Position numbers and translations under genes: made by a program | In this document: positions 16,091 to 28,105 of the stretch, in pieces | Numbering within the stretch: position 1 is the first letter of the stretch | How the letters are laid out: each line of letters begins with the position of its first letter | Source of the DNA: Entomortierella parvispora E1425 | Taxonomy: Eukaryota; Fungi; Mortierellomycota | Direction of reading: 5' to 3' | NCBI GenBank assembly: GCA_020891255.1 | Contig: BQFW01000006.1 | Coordinates: forward strand, 868,001-932,000 | DNA length: 64,000 nt | Notes under the pieces: model-generated | Told to the model about the DNA's origin: nothing | The model's database searches: none | Seen by the model: the letters and a program-made list of their open reading frames with translations, nothing else

Positions 16091-18517
16091 ATGGTCAAAG
16101 GTAACAACAACTTGGCCGTAATATCTGGACTTCGGAGATTTTTTTCTCTGAAAAAGATCGACCTCGCTGGTCCTTCGGGCTTTGATACTGCCACGTTCTC
16201 GACCTCTGTCTTTTAATACTTACCCTAATCCTGGCTCTTTTCTTCTTATCTTATAAAGTCGTCATTTGCGGTGCTGCCGGCGGTATCGGACAGCCTCTCT
16301 CGTTGTTGTTGAAGCAATCGGATCTGATCTCCCATTTGGCCCTTTTCGATGTCGTGAACGCGCCTGGTGTTGCTACTGATCTCTCTCATATCAATACCGG
16401 CTCAAGAGTCACAGGACATGGCAAGGAAGGTATGAACGAGGCCATGAAGGGCGCCCATACTGTCGTCATCCCTGCCGGAGTTCCTCGCAAGCCTGGTATG
16501 ACCCGTGATGATCTTTTCAAGGTACGTCCAGTAATCAATCAAGATAGCGGACTTTTTTTCATTTTCTCTTTTTATTTCACAGTGCGAATCTGAAAGAGAG
16601 AGAAAAGAAAAGTAATGGGGTGAATGCATTCCTTCATTTCTTGACTGGGGAAGAAAAAAAAAAGTTGGAATCTGCAAGAAGAAGACACATAGCAAAAAAA
16701 AGGGCGTTGCAAGGCGACTTAGAAGTTCAAAAGTTCATGCAAGGCATGCAAAAGTATCCAAGGCCAGCAAGCAGCGGCAAGCCGGTGCACACGCGCATGC
16801 GTGTGTCATTCTTCCTCAACTGCGGTTGTTGTTCACCCTTTCGGCGCGTGCTGGTTTGAATGGATGCAGTCTGTGGTTTTCCTTTCTTTGTGTGCCCATT
16901 CTTTTTTTTTTTCTCTTCATTTTTGTTGTTTGGTGTCATTTCTGTTATCGGGCGCCGAATCTTTTGTTCTTTATCTCTGCAACCAGAGACACTCAGACAA
17001 ACCCTACTTCAACCCAACCCAGCACAGGGCCACTCAGTGAGACGACGGGGTACTAAAGGCGAACGCGTGATGGGGTGTGGAATGGGGAGCCGACGTTATC
17101 TTGTGTTATCATCATCATAACATCATACAAAAGTCCATGGGGACAAAACTCGACCGAATGATTGACCTCCGCACTCCTGCCCCACTAAAACTAATCTTTT
17201 GCATCATGCCCTCCTGTGCTGTAATAGATCAACGCTGGCATCATCCGCGATCTGGCTGAGGGTGTTGCCAAGAACTGCCCCGGTGCCTTTGTCCTCGTCA
17301 TCTCCAACCCTGTCAACTCGACTGTGCCCATTGTCTGTGAAGTTCTTAAGCAGCACGGTGTCTTCAACCCCAAAAAGTAAGTTTCCTCAGTTTCTCTTTT
17401 ACTCTACAGAAACAGGAACAGGGAGAGAGACAATCACATTTGCAAAACTGGTATCGAGATTACCTACGACAGGACGAGGTGGGTAGGGATGGGAACAACG
17501 GAGCAATTTTCCGTGGGCCCAGGGAGAAGCGTTGTGGAGAAGATCCACCTTTTTTTCGCTATCGTTAAAGTTGAGCGGATTTATGGTTTATGATTGTGAC
17601 CAGCCAACCCAACGACTGAGCGCCAGTGGGGCAGGGACAGGCACACGGACAGGGACCAGCGGGACACCAAAGTGAAAACTGGATTCGCGTCTTTGCCGAT
17701 TATCTGGCTCTCATCTCCCAGAGGGGCAGGGGAGATAAGAACTTGGGCGGTCTTCCTTTGAGCCTTCACTATCAATGCACAGCCTAGGAGGGTTGATTTT
17801 TGAGGCGAAAACAACCTGCCACAGAAAACTAACTGCAGACAACTGCAGGCGGCTAGCCGACTGGAAGGGCGCTAGTTGGAGCCCATGCGCATTCGCTGCC
17901 CTTGGATCTGTTATTAACTGCTGGTTATCTTTTGTATTGTTTTTTTTCTTAGGGTCTTTGGCATCAGCACATTGGACGTTGTCCGCTCCTCCCGTTTCGT
18001 ATCCGAGATCGACAGCTCGATGGATCCAAGGGCCACCCGCGTTACCGTTATCGGAGGTCATAGTGGAGTGACGATCGTCCCCGTTCTCTCCCAAATCCCC
18101 GGTCAAAAGTTTACCAAGGAACAGCTCGACACATTGACACACAGAATCCAATACGGAGGAGATGAAGTCGTCAAGGCCAAGGACGGTGCCGGATCCGCTA
18201 CGTTGTCCATGGCCTTTGCTGGTGCTCGCTTCACAAACGCCATTTTGGAGGCCACAGTGGCAGGCAAGACAGGACTGGTCGAGTCCACCTATGTCAACTT
18301 GAGCGCAGATCCCGAGAGCACGGCCGCTTTCAGAGCCAAGACCGGACTGGATTACTTTGCACAGGATGTCGAGTTTGGACGGGAGGGTGTGGCCCATATC
18401 CGTCCCTTGCCCCATCTTTCCGACTATGAGCAAGCACTCTTGGACGCCGCCCTCCCAGAGCTCAAGGTCAACATCGCAAAGGGAACCGCCTTCATCACGG
18501 ACAACTCCAAGATCTAG
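16091..18517 (+). CDS. MDH: NAD-dependent malate dehydrogenase, no mitochondrial presequence, C-terminal PTS1-like SKI (peroxisomal type); 4 exons
   Basis: MVK|[46 protein letters not shown] and AGSATLSMA motifs. Introns include 16522-17227 and 17377-17952. Confidence 0.95.
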
Positions 18518-18839
18518 ACAAGACCTAACATACCATCCTCCTTGCAATGTCAAGTACAATATCGCACCAAGATACTCTTTCTTCTTTCTTGCAGTCACTT
18601 TGTAAATAAATACAACACACAACGATCCATCATGTAAAGGCCAGGTGTATGGGGTCAAAGAAGTGCCAAGTTTATATAAGGACTATCGACTGTGGGATTA
18701 GAAACAGAATAGGCCAAAGTTGTTTTTGCTTGCACCATGAGCCAAAAAAGAAGAAAAAAAAATAGAAAAAAAAATTCAAAAAAAAGGGATGCATTGCAAT
18801 GTAAAGATGGGGGTGTTGTTGCGCAAGTTCTAATATAAT

Positions 18840-21800
18840 CTATCGTTTCCAAGATCTCTCTCCATCCTCGTCGTCACTTTCCTCATGATACGCAGTGTCT
18901 ACCGGGTCTGAGATGGCAGCCACGGCTGGTGAGGATATCGTGGGTGCGGCCTTAAATCCTGCAGAGGCGTTGTATGATGAAGTGGCCGGTGCATTTGAGG
19001 TAGTTGGTGCTGGGTCTGAGATCCATCCAAGTTTCAATGGTGCAGGTGCATTCGCTACTTGACTACCCTGTTGCATCGCCAATTCGGCATCCTTGCGGTT
19101 CTTGTACTGCACAGTTGCTGAAGCACCATCCGCACCTAATGAAAACGATTCGAGTTCACCGAACGACTGCAAAAAATAGACAATCATAGAAACAATAGAT
19201 GTCAGTATGGGACGCATGAGCAAAATAGTGGCTATCAGAAAGAATCAATGTCCTTTGTTTTTATCCATACCTCAAAATGCTCCTTGAGCCCATTCTTGGA
19301 TGTCTCGTCCACATTTTGGACTGACAGTTTTGTTGACCGATTGTCGATTCGGAATGTCCGGTTGTAAGAAGTTGTTGCACCACCTCGGGCACCGTGTGCG
19401 CCTCCGCGAGTCCAAATGTTGCCAGGAGCCCCACGGCCACGGCCCCGGGGAACATATCCGCCGCGACCTCTTCCAGCATATCCGCCATGGCTCTCAAGAC
19501 CCATTGCAGCGGCCTGAAGTTTGTGCAATAGAACATTGGTTAGTCTTATAAAAGAAAGAAAGCATCATCCAGATGACGGCATTAAGAACATGCTCATACC
19601 TGCGCTTGCAAAGCGGCCAATTTCGCTTTGAGGGCCGCGGTAGTCTGAGCAGCCTCAGAGGCAGGCGCGGCAGCAGGGGCAGCACCTGTGCTGTCCTGCT
19701 CTGGAACTCCGTTCAGGTTCTCCAATTCACGATCCAGTCGAACCTTCTCCAGACGCTCAATCTCCTTTTGATGCTCGAGTTGCTTCTGAGCTTCAGCGGC
19801 GGCGATGGCTGCTTGTGCCTGAGCCAACTGGTTCACGGGCTCCTTGGTCACTTCGATGGCAACGTTCTTCAAACCCTTCAGAATCTCGTCCTTGTCCTCC
19901 TGGGACATATTCTTGTTAGCGAACATCTTTTGAAGCAATAACTTCTGCTCCTCCTGTTGACGTTGAATAAGAGCATCTTTTTGCCGCTGGATCTCCATCA
20001 TTGTCTTCTTGTTCTCTGCTAACTTTGCGGCGGCGGCAGCTCTTTCAGCAGCAAGCTCGGCAGCGCGCTCAGGTGTCATGAGGACACTGGTTGTAGGAGG
20101 TTGTTGAGAGAATGGCTGGTGACGGGGTGCTCCTGCAGAGGAGGTCTCTGGGCGCACTTGGCCAGCTGGTTTAGGCTGGGGGACTCCAAAAGTATCTGCG
20201 TTCACATCATCCGGCTGCCAGTAGACCTTGACAAAGCGGTTTCCAAAGATGACTTCAGGCGAGTTGTAGGCAGCCTTGGCTTCTTCGTTGGTGCTATACT
20301 GGAGAAGAGCCTTATGGGCGGGCTGGTCCACTTGAATGTTGGTCAAGCTTCCAAACTGCTTGAAGAAGTCATTCACTTTGTCGATCGTGTTGAATTCGTC
20401 AGGAATATGCTCGACAACGAGTGAAGTCTTTGAAGCAGATGCGCTACCAAAACGACCGCCAGAGTATGGGTGTGATGAGCCGCCACGTCCACGACCGCCA
20501 CGGACACCTCGAAGGCTGCCTCGACCGCCGCGCATACCGCCTCGACCAGATTCCTGGAAGCGTCCCGACTCTTGACCAAATCCTTCCGATCCACTCCTTG
20601 AGCCATCTGCAGACAAGGCACCAGTAGCAGAATCGAATCCTGGCTGACCCATCATCCCTCCTCCATTAGCTCCTCCTGGGAAGAAGGGTGGCCTGTTTGG
20701 GTTCATACCCATCATCATGTTGGGAGGCATTCCTTGGGGTCCTCCCATCATGTTGAATGGCACGCCTTGCACATCGTCTACAACAATCTTGTCCTCGCCG
20801 TGATCATAGGGGCATGCATCTCCACGCAGGCAAAATCCTTTCTCTAATGGGTTTGTTCAAATCAATGAAATGAATAAGCATGACATGTTGCGTAAAGAGT
20901 TAAACAATAGTTTCCCGTGGGATGAGATGGTTGGTTCATCAAGACGTACCGTCATAGTCGCGACACCGTTGGCGTCTGGGCCGATCATGACCAAATCCTT
21001 GGCCTTGAGAATGCATACCGCCGCGACCGCCACGCATGTTTGAGTTGCCACGCCAGGATCCATTGCTTTGGCCTTGCTGGTCCTGAAAGTTGTTGCCACC
21101 AAAGTTGTTGCGAGATCCGTTCCATTGGCTACCATTGCTGCCATTGTTGAATCCGCTTTCAGGGAACTGACGGTTGTTGAAGCCGGATGTGGTAATGCCT
21201 TGCCTTGAGGGGCCAAAGCGATCTCCTCGGCGATCGTTCTCCATGTTTCCGTTCGATCCGCTGTGCTCGTTCGATCTCCGGTTGTATCGGTCGTTGCCAT
21301 AGCTCCTGTCATCGCTGGGCCGCGATGGACTGTAATCTCTGCGACGGTCATTCTCACGGCTATCATCCCGACGGGCGTGCTTGTAACTTCTGTCCTCATC
21401 ATCAGAGCCATCACTATCTCCACGACGATGCTTCTCTGTCCCTCTCGAGGAGGATTCATGTCGCTGTTCATGGCGCTCTGCAGCTGGTCCCGTAGGGATC
21501 GACTCCTCTTCCACAGCAGCCGCATCACCGCGGGCAGATTCCGTAGTCAAGTACGACTTTGATTCAAGAACAACGAAAAGTGAATCCACAAACCGTTCCG
21601 TCTCTATTAAAGTAAGAGGGATGGGTTCAAATGGCATTAGTTAGTTGTGAAGATTAGGCAAAAGCAAAGGTATTAAAATGAGAAAAAGTGAAAATTAAAA
21701 TACTAGCATACCTTGCTGCAAGAAATCTGCGAGTTGCGAGAGACAAAGAGCCTTGAGCTCTGCAGTGTCCTTGTCATGTCGCAAAAGAGCAATGGTATAG

Positions 21801-22014
21801 TCGGCCAGCATTCCAGGGTCAGCATCCGAACTATAGGAAGGAAAGGAGGGGGGGCAAGTTTGGAAATGGTCCGTTAGAGCTGTGTTTCCAACCTAAAGCA
21901 TTCCAATTGTTTACTCTGCGGCAACTGCATGGATTTGAAAGTTATGTACATTAACGCCAGCTCGGTAGAAAGGTAAGCCTTCAGGGCATTATGCTGAGCA
22001 TCGTCCAGGTGCAT
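18840..22014 (-). CDS. RBM26: RBM26/RBM27-like RNA-binding protein (PWI + CCCH zinc finger + 2 RRM), 6 exons
   Basis: SDADPGMLADYTIALL (PWI), RCRDYDEKGFCLRGDACPYDHG (CCCH) after splicing, RRM ending VIFGNRFVKVYW, second RRM at the C-terminus. Confidence 0.88.
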
Positions 22015-23302
22015 GGTGCGAGTTTGGGGAGAGATGCGGTCAAGTGCTGTTGGTGGCAAAGTGCGAAAAGAAGGCAAGGAGATGGAAGGAGGCGCTGGAC
22101 GTGTCTAGTTAAGAAACGGTCGCGCGTATGATACTGTTGTGAGGCAGTTGATAGGGAGTGGTCGTCAGGGGAGGGTTGTATCGACTATGAGAAGATAGGG
22201 ACGCAAGCCTGCAAGGAAGGAGAGGGGTTGAGGTTGAGAGCAAGGGCAGGAGAGAGAAGAAAGAGAGAAAAGAGGAATGGACACCATGGAACTTTGAGCA
22301 TGCAATGACCGCACTCTGTCTGTGTTGTGGGCAAGGTAAGGCAGGCAGGTGCTAAGCCACCGCTGGTAGTCGATTGTTCTGGCCAATCAGAGAGTGGCCC
22401 TTGGGCTGCCTTTCACTGTCCCTTCGCCTTGAAGGCGGGCCTGTGAGCGCACCATGCTATTGAGAAGGAGTCCCAGCTCCAATGACTGCAGCAAGACAGA
22501 GAGGAGCCACAGACAACAGTCGTGTTACAACGCAACGGCGTATGTGTGTGTGCACACAACAGGGCATGATAAAAAAACGGCGGCCACAAATCGCTGTGGT
22601 GGAGCGCACAGTCCTTTCTCGTGCTCAACGGTGCAGTGGGCGCCTTCGCTGTAGGCCTGATATTGATACATTGATCTTTGGATGTCTGGTTCGTTGCTGG
22701 GATGGTCATTGGGAGTACAGATATTCTCGGAATGCTTGCAAAGCAACCGACCAGCCGACCGACCCACCAGGCGACTGAGCAGTGAGTAGGTCATTTGGTG
22801 GCAACAGACCAGAGAGACACAGAACAGACACACAGAACACATCTAGAGCTAAGCCACAAACACCTTCTTGCCACACTCTCCACTTCCTCCATCCCTCGGA
22901 CATTCGCTTTGCTCCGTCTCGGACTTCCCTCATAACCATCCGCTCCTTGCTGCATCTCTCCCCTCTCCTTCTCCCTTTGTCCATCCCTCATTCTCTGTCT
23001 CCTAAAGTCGTTTTCTTTCATGTGCCATCCCTCTGCGGCCTGAATTCGATTCATCCGTCCTTCCTTCTTTGCTCTTTTGTTTCTTTGCTCATCCCATTCA
23101 AGCAATGCAACATTCATAACCGCACTCAGAAACCATACTACATCTATCTTTCGCACTTCTTGGACGCTTTCAGCCCCTTACGCGCGACAAAGCAGGTACC
23201 ATCCCTCTTTCATCCCCTGAACTAAAACACGTCCATTGCCTCATTCAGGAACTTACCCATTCCGACCTTTTCCCTTGTTGATTCCAACTTTCTAGTCTTG
23301 AA

Positions 23303-26299
23303 ATGCTCAGGAGGAAAGGCCAGGTGTATAGAAGAGTCCTGGCCTTGACCCCCTTCCCAGGGCAAGCCCAAGGGTCCGGTGACAACGTTTTAAAGAAAAT
23401 GCCACACGCTGCCACTCTGTGCTCTATAGCCCACGTTCATGCCCGCTCATCCATAAAAGCAGGACCTACACTGGCGTGCCCATCGTTATCCTCAACATCT
23501 CTCGCGACCTCAACAACTATAACAAAACAGATCGGCCGATCATTACCCCACGGATCTTGCAGAAACATACCTCATCACCGCCATCACCGTCAAAGTCACT
23601 ATCAAGCGTTTTCAGGCACCCATAATACTTCAACGCGACACCACCCCCGATCATCCTATGTGGGATCCTCCCATCCTTCTTACGACCCTCAATTGGCTGC
23701 CTACATGGATCGGTGGGTCCGTGTTGTATTCTCAGGACACCGCCGTATGCACTCAAGTCTCGCCAAACCGATTCCGACATCAGTTTCTACTTCTTATACC
23801 GTCATCGACATCCCAACACAACAAATTCCTCTGGACTGTGAAGGCTCGACAACCTTAGATCCATTACCAACGGATCGTCGCGGTGGATCCACAGTCACTT
23901 CCAATGACAAGGAAGGAGGTTCCATGTCGCTATCAGAGTTTCGACAATGTTTGGACGCACTTCCAGTAGACGATCACGGCCTTGTTTTCGAGTTCAGGTC
24001 TCTCAAAAAAAGAAAACCAAATCAACAGCCAAAGCCATACATGTCAAAGCAAGATCAGGAAAAGATCGACCAATATTGGCAAGAATACCTGGCCATTGCC
24101 GAGCAAGACCGCATGGAGAGAGAAGCAGGCATCGCAAGAGAAGACGGAAATCAGTTGTCCAGGAGCGATTATACCCGGCTCATGCAGATCGTGCGCTATG
24201 GCCAACACCCCAAGGAAGCAATGCATAGGATTCTGGTCTTGAAAGACGCCATGGACAAGAGAGGGTTTCGTTTGACTCGTAAAATGGGCGAAATTGTGGC
24301 TCGAACCTATCTAAATCTCGGTTCCATTGAAAAGTCTATTCAGATCCATGATTGCATAGTGGAGCGAGTGGGCCGTGGCTCATGGGAGCATAAGAAGCTG
24401 CTATGGGCTATGGTCGATGGTTTTGCCGTCAACAGATTTTTCCAGCAAGGAGTCACCTTTTTGGATTCTCATGTTGTGGAGAGCGATCAGGATAGAGATC
24501 TTTATCTGGCGCTGCACCGGCGACTTTTAGCCTATAGACTGGATACTTCAAGCCCATCGGCCTTCTCTCAGTCTCGATTGAATGCGCTTCACGTATTCTA
24601 CAATCGCAAGTTCCCCCTCAGACTCAGCGACCTGACGCAAGCACTTGAGGTGATCAATAGCCAAACGGAAAAGGTTGAATCCCTGCTCGACTTTTCTACG
24701 ACCTCGGCTGGCACCTTGGTGAAAAGCGGGAACTCTGCGCTATTGACACCACTATTGGTCAGCTTGCTTCGGGCATACCAGTTACCTGAGGCAGCGCGCG
24801 TTCGATCTCTGATGTTACAGCAGAATGTTCCTCTGGATCGTGATGCTATTCGTCTGGAGTTCCTTCGATCTCTGGAGTCCTGTCCTGAGCGGGAGGAGCG
24901 TATCGGCGTCATGGAGCAGTGGGATCGTATGACATCAGACAATCCTCTATCGCTGGACGTAGAATACTCAGCTCTTCTTCGCTCCCGTTTCTACGAACTG
25001 GATCTTTCGGGAGCGCTTGCAGCGGCTCAGTACATGGCTGAGCAGGACTTGGCCGCGCACAAGATGGATTTCCGCAACCTTAATAGCCATATCATCAACT
25101 TTGGGTCACCAAAAGAGTTCCCGCTCTACCTTCAGATTCGCTATACCCTCCCAAAAGTGGCCGGACCTAATCTTCGTACCTATCGCCGATTGGTCTATGC
25201 AGCCTGTCGTCGTTCAGATCTTCATTCTGCCATGGATCTTTTCAAATTGATTCGCATTCGTCACCAGTCCTGGACCTTGGATACCCCCTTTTACAATGCC
25301 ATTATTTCCACCGCAGCGGCGATAGGTCATATCAACGTCGCCGAAAAGATGTTTCGATGCCTGCTGGAAAGTGGACTGGAGCCAGACCACTATTCGTTCG
25401 AGGGTTTGTTGAATGGCTATGGTCAAGTGGGCGATCTGGAGGCGGCGTTGATGATTCCCGAGCAGATGATCAAGCGCAAGCTTAGCCCAACGACGAAGAC
25501 TTTTAATTTGGTGATGAAGGCCTATCTGGGTGCCAGGAGAGACCTGTCAACGTCCCGCAAGTTGTTGAAGGTCATGCAGTTATCGCAAGGATCCGTTGCT
25601 CCAGATCTGGTGACATTCAATCAATTGCTGGAGGGATATAGACGCGTTGCGAATACGACGTGGTTTGACGACTATTTCGATCAATTTTTCGGAGAGCGAA
25701 GCCGTTGTCGGCGAGAACGACAGCGTCTTATTGGTATTGTCGGGTCCGATAAGAGTTTGGTCAAGGTCGACAAGGAGACTGCGAGGCTGATATGGCAGAG
25801 AAAAAGAGACGCTGGGTTGCTAGGACCCGAGAAAACAGATGACTGGACGTTGCTTATCCAACTCAAGCACTCTCTGTCACTCCCCAGCGTTGACCTGACG
25901 ACCGTTCAAGAGCTTTGGCAGGCTATCGAGCCTAAACTTGAGGGATTGCCCTGTTCCTCATCCCCTTCGCCTTCGCCGTCTCCCTCTTTCGCAGAAGATA
26001 CCGCATCCCGGGACTTGGAGAAAGGCACCAGTAAGATTGAGTCTCCCTTACCGGCGACCTATGTGCCATTCAAGAGACGCCTTGGACGGGAAACCTTTCT
26101 GCCTGCCACAGATCAGGAGCTCTTCCGTTTCACGACCCTGAGTCTTTTTCGGGACGCCTTCCATTCCCGTGGCCATCCTCGGGGCGTCAAACATATCGAT
26201 CGACTCTTGCGCAAACATTTTCCAACTCATCCTGAAGTGATGGCTCGATCAAATTCAAGGCCATCTGCCCCCAAGCTCCGTGTCGATACCCTCTCCTAG
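23303..26299 (+). CDS. Pentatricopeptide-repeat (PPR) protein, probably mitochondrial, single exon, 998 aa
   Basis: Tandem 35-aa PPR motifs (TPFYNAIISTAAAIG, PDHYSFEGLLNGYGQVG, PTTKTFNLVMKAY, PDLVTFNQLLEGY). Confidence 0.88.
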   Translation: MLRRKGQVYRRVLALTPFPGQAQGSGDNVLKKMPHAATLCSIAHVHARSSIKAGPTLACPSLSSTSLATSTTITKQIGRSLPHGSCRNIPHHRHHRQSHYQAFSGTHNTSTRHHPRSSYVGSSHPSYDPQLAAYMDRWVRVVFSGHRRMHSSLAKPIPTSVSTSYTVIDIPTQQIPLDCEGSTTLDPLPTDRRGGSTVTSNDKEGGSMSLSEFRQCLDALPVDDHGLVFEFRSLKKRKPNQQPKPYMSKQDQEKIDQYWQEYLAIAEQDRMEREAGIAREDGNQLSRSDYTRLMQIVRYGQHPKEAMHRILVLKDAMDKRGFRLTRKMGEIVARTYLNLGSIEKSIQIHDCIVERVGRGSWEHKKLLWAMVDGFAVNRFFQQGVTFLDSHVVESDQDRDLYLALHRRLLAYRLDTSSPSAFSQSRLNALHVFYNRKFPLRLSDLTQALEVINSQTEKVESLLDFSTTSAGTLVKSGNSALLTPLLVSLLRAYQLPEAARVRSLMLQQNVPLDRDAIRLEFLRSLESCPEREERIGVMEQWDRMTSDNPLSLDVEYSALLRSRFYELDLSGALAAAQYMAEQDLAAHKMDFRNLNSHIINFGSPKEFPLYLQIRYTLPKVAGPNLRTYRRLVYAACRRSDLHSAMDLFKLIRIRHQSWTLDTPFYNAIISTAAAIGHINVAEKMFRCLLESGLEPDHYSFEGLLNGYGQVGDLEAALMIPEQMIKRKLSPTTKTFNLVMKAYLGARRDLSTSRKLLKVMQLSQGSVAPDLVTFNQLLEGYRRVANTTWFDDYFDQFFGERSRCRRERQRLIGIVGSDKSLVKVDKETARLIWQRKRDAGLLGPEKTDDWTLLIQLKHSLSLPSVDLTTVQELWQAIEPKLEGLPCSSSPSPSPSPSFAEDTASRDLEKGTSKIESPLPATYVPFKRRLGRETFLPATDQELFRFTTLSLFRDAFHSRGHPRGVKHIDRLLRKHFPTHPEVMARSNSRPSAPKLRVDTLS

Positions 26300-26456
26300 G
26301 ACCAGGATTAGGGTCGCCGTCGCAGTCGCCAGACTCTTCTTTTTTAGAAAATAAAACATAGAGCCGCTTTTGCGTCTTCATAGAGTATATTCTTTATTGC
26401 TGCCCATGCAGAAGAAGGGGATAGGCGAAAACTTTTTTGTTCCTGATTTGAGCGTT

Positions 26457-26636
26457 TTAATTCAAATTGGGGCAGACTACGGCTGTGCAGAAGCAATCGG
26501 TCGCGCGGATGGTCTTGTGGCAAACAACGACGCCACGGCTAATATCGCAGCAACAGCATTGACTTGGCCCTGGCAAGGTAACGGCAAGTGCGCTTAGTAA
26601 AGTCATGGCAGTGCAAAAGATGGAGGCGAGCAGCAT
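26457..26636 (-). CDS. Small secreted cysteine-rich peptide, 59 aa (MLLASIFCTAMTLLSALAVTLPGPSQCCCCDISRGVVVCHKTIRATDCFCTAVVCPNLN); below the ORF-track cutoff
   Basis: Hand translation. ATG at 26636 in an aaaATG context after a CT-rich leader; hydrophobic signal-like N-terminus ending ALA; 8 Cys in the mature part; TAA at 26457-26459; AATAAA on the minus strand near 26395. Confidence 0.75.
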   Translation of the reverse strand: MLLASIFCTAMTLLSALAVTLPGPSQCCCCDISRGVVVCHKTIRATDCFCTAVVCPNLN

Positions 26637-27423
26637 TTTCTCTTCTTCTCCCCTTGAAAGCTTGAGAGTTATGTAGAGTGGAGTACAGGGAGATAGGGAG
26701 ACAGACAGAGAGAGACAGAGAGGATGGCAGAAAGACGAGAGACGTAGTAGATCAGCAGGACTGTATTTACACTACTATTTATGAGATCGAATAAGAGGAG
26801 AGGATAAGAGTTGATGAGATGTTTCGGGCAATTAGCAGAGCTCAACAAAATAGGCAAGGAGGTCATCATGATGAATATACTCTGATTCTGGATTTGAGGC
26901 AGACTGCATTGCCTATGATGAGGATTCACCGCTCTTTTGTCTAGATGGTGAGCCTGGAGCGCAAGCATCCTTTACTATCCTCTCCTCTCTCCGCTTATTA
27001 GACTTTATTCCAGTGCAAGGAAGGTAACGGCCAGGACAGGGCGAAGACCTCTGTGCTTTGAAGGCGGCCACCATTCGCTAGCATTCCTTGATGCACGGAC
27101 CAAGCGCGGTGGAAACCTACCTTTTTTTTTCTTTTCAATCGAATGTACACAGGCCTCAACGACTATCCCTGGAAGGTAGATCCTTTGCATCTTATATTCA
27201 AACCCATTGCAATGTAGCTCCCTCTCAATTCGCCAAATGACAACAACAACAACAAAAAAAAAGGGTGCTGGACGCTAGACAACAAAGCACGATGCAAAAT
27301 TTATTGCTGAAAGACAGAACGATCATCCATGATCTCTGGAGATAGGCAAGGTTTGATTGAAAGTCAAGGCAATGGTCGAGGATATGAAGAGCTACCAACT
27401 TCACCAGGCTCTGCTCCCTTCCA

Positions 27424-27972
27424 TCAGACTCTTGTGTATTCAAGGCCATCGTGCAAAGCCAAATGGAACTCGATCCGGTCCAAGGTGACCTTTGCAAACC
27501 GTGCCAAGGATTTCAATACGTCCAACTTTTTGTCGCGTACCATCTCCTCGCAGATCTCATCCTCTCCGTAATCGTTGCTGCTGCTGTCGCCGTTTTTGAT
27601 CTTGGAAAGGACGCGTTCAACAGTCAAGGGCTCTCCTTGACGAATAACCGCGATAGAGCGCAATTGTGATCTGACATAGCTATTCTCGTGATCAAGTCTG
27701 ATATCAAGCTCGATGACGTGACGACGATCCGCCTCATCCAGAAGCAGAGCCGAAGACATGTTCTGAAGGACGATGGCCTGTGTGATCACTCGCTGAACTA
27801 TGCCCAACACCCTGTCGCGCTCCTGTGGAAGATCATTGAAAAGATCTTCATACTCCAAGACTTGTATCATCCTTCTGAGAGGGTGTTGCTCGGGAAGGTG
27901 GGGCTGAATTTTGAGATCCAAAGGGCAGGCCCTGTATTTGATGGTTCTAGACACTGACATGGAACGAAACAT
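27424..27972 (-). CDS. Orphan hypothetical protein, 182 aa from ATG 27972, predicted mostly helical
   Basis: Open frame with globular, amphipathic-helix composition (MFRSMSVSRTIKY...LEYTRV); no family recognised. A possible upstream intron at 28022-28121 could extend or lead into it. Confidence 0.55.
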   Translation of the reverse strand: MFRSMSVSRTIKYRACPLDLKIQPHLPEQHPLRRMIQVLEYEDLFNDLPQERDRVLGIVQRVITQAIVLQNMSSALLLDEADRRHVIELDIRLDHENSYVRSQLRSIAVIRQGEPLTVERVLSKIKNGDSSSNDYGEDEICEEMVRDKKLDVLKSLARFAKVTLDRIEFHLALHDGLEYTRV

Positions 27973-28105
27973 GGTGAAGACGACGCTTGGGTTCTTGGTC
28001 TTGTTGATTTCAAAAAGCCATCTGAAAAGGGTGAAAATGAAAACGGACAAGAGTAGGAAGAACAAGATGGACCCTTGTGAGGTAGGGTCAGCAAGTTGCC
28101 AGATC

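Noticed and set aside
14472-16216. Many 60-160-aa ORFs in CT/GA-rich regions (also 22400-23200, 33500-34600, 40800-41500, 44600-45700, 54300-55000)
   Set aside because: Products of low-complexity promoter/UTR tracts lacking stops (F/L/S- or E/R/K-rich); mostly non-ATG starts.
22566-22660. Possible C/D snoRNA (ATGATA...CTGA)
   Set aside because: Imperfect C box, no terminal stem and no recognisable rRNA guide.
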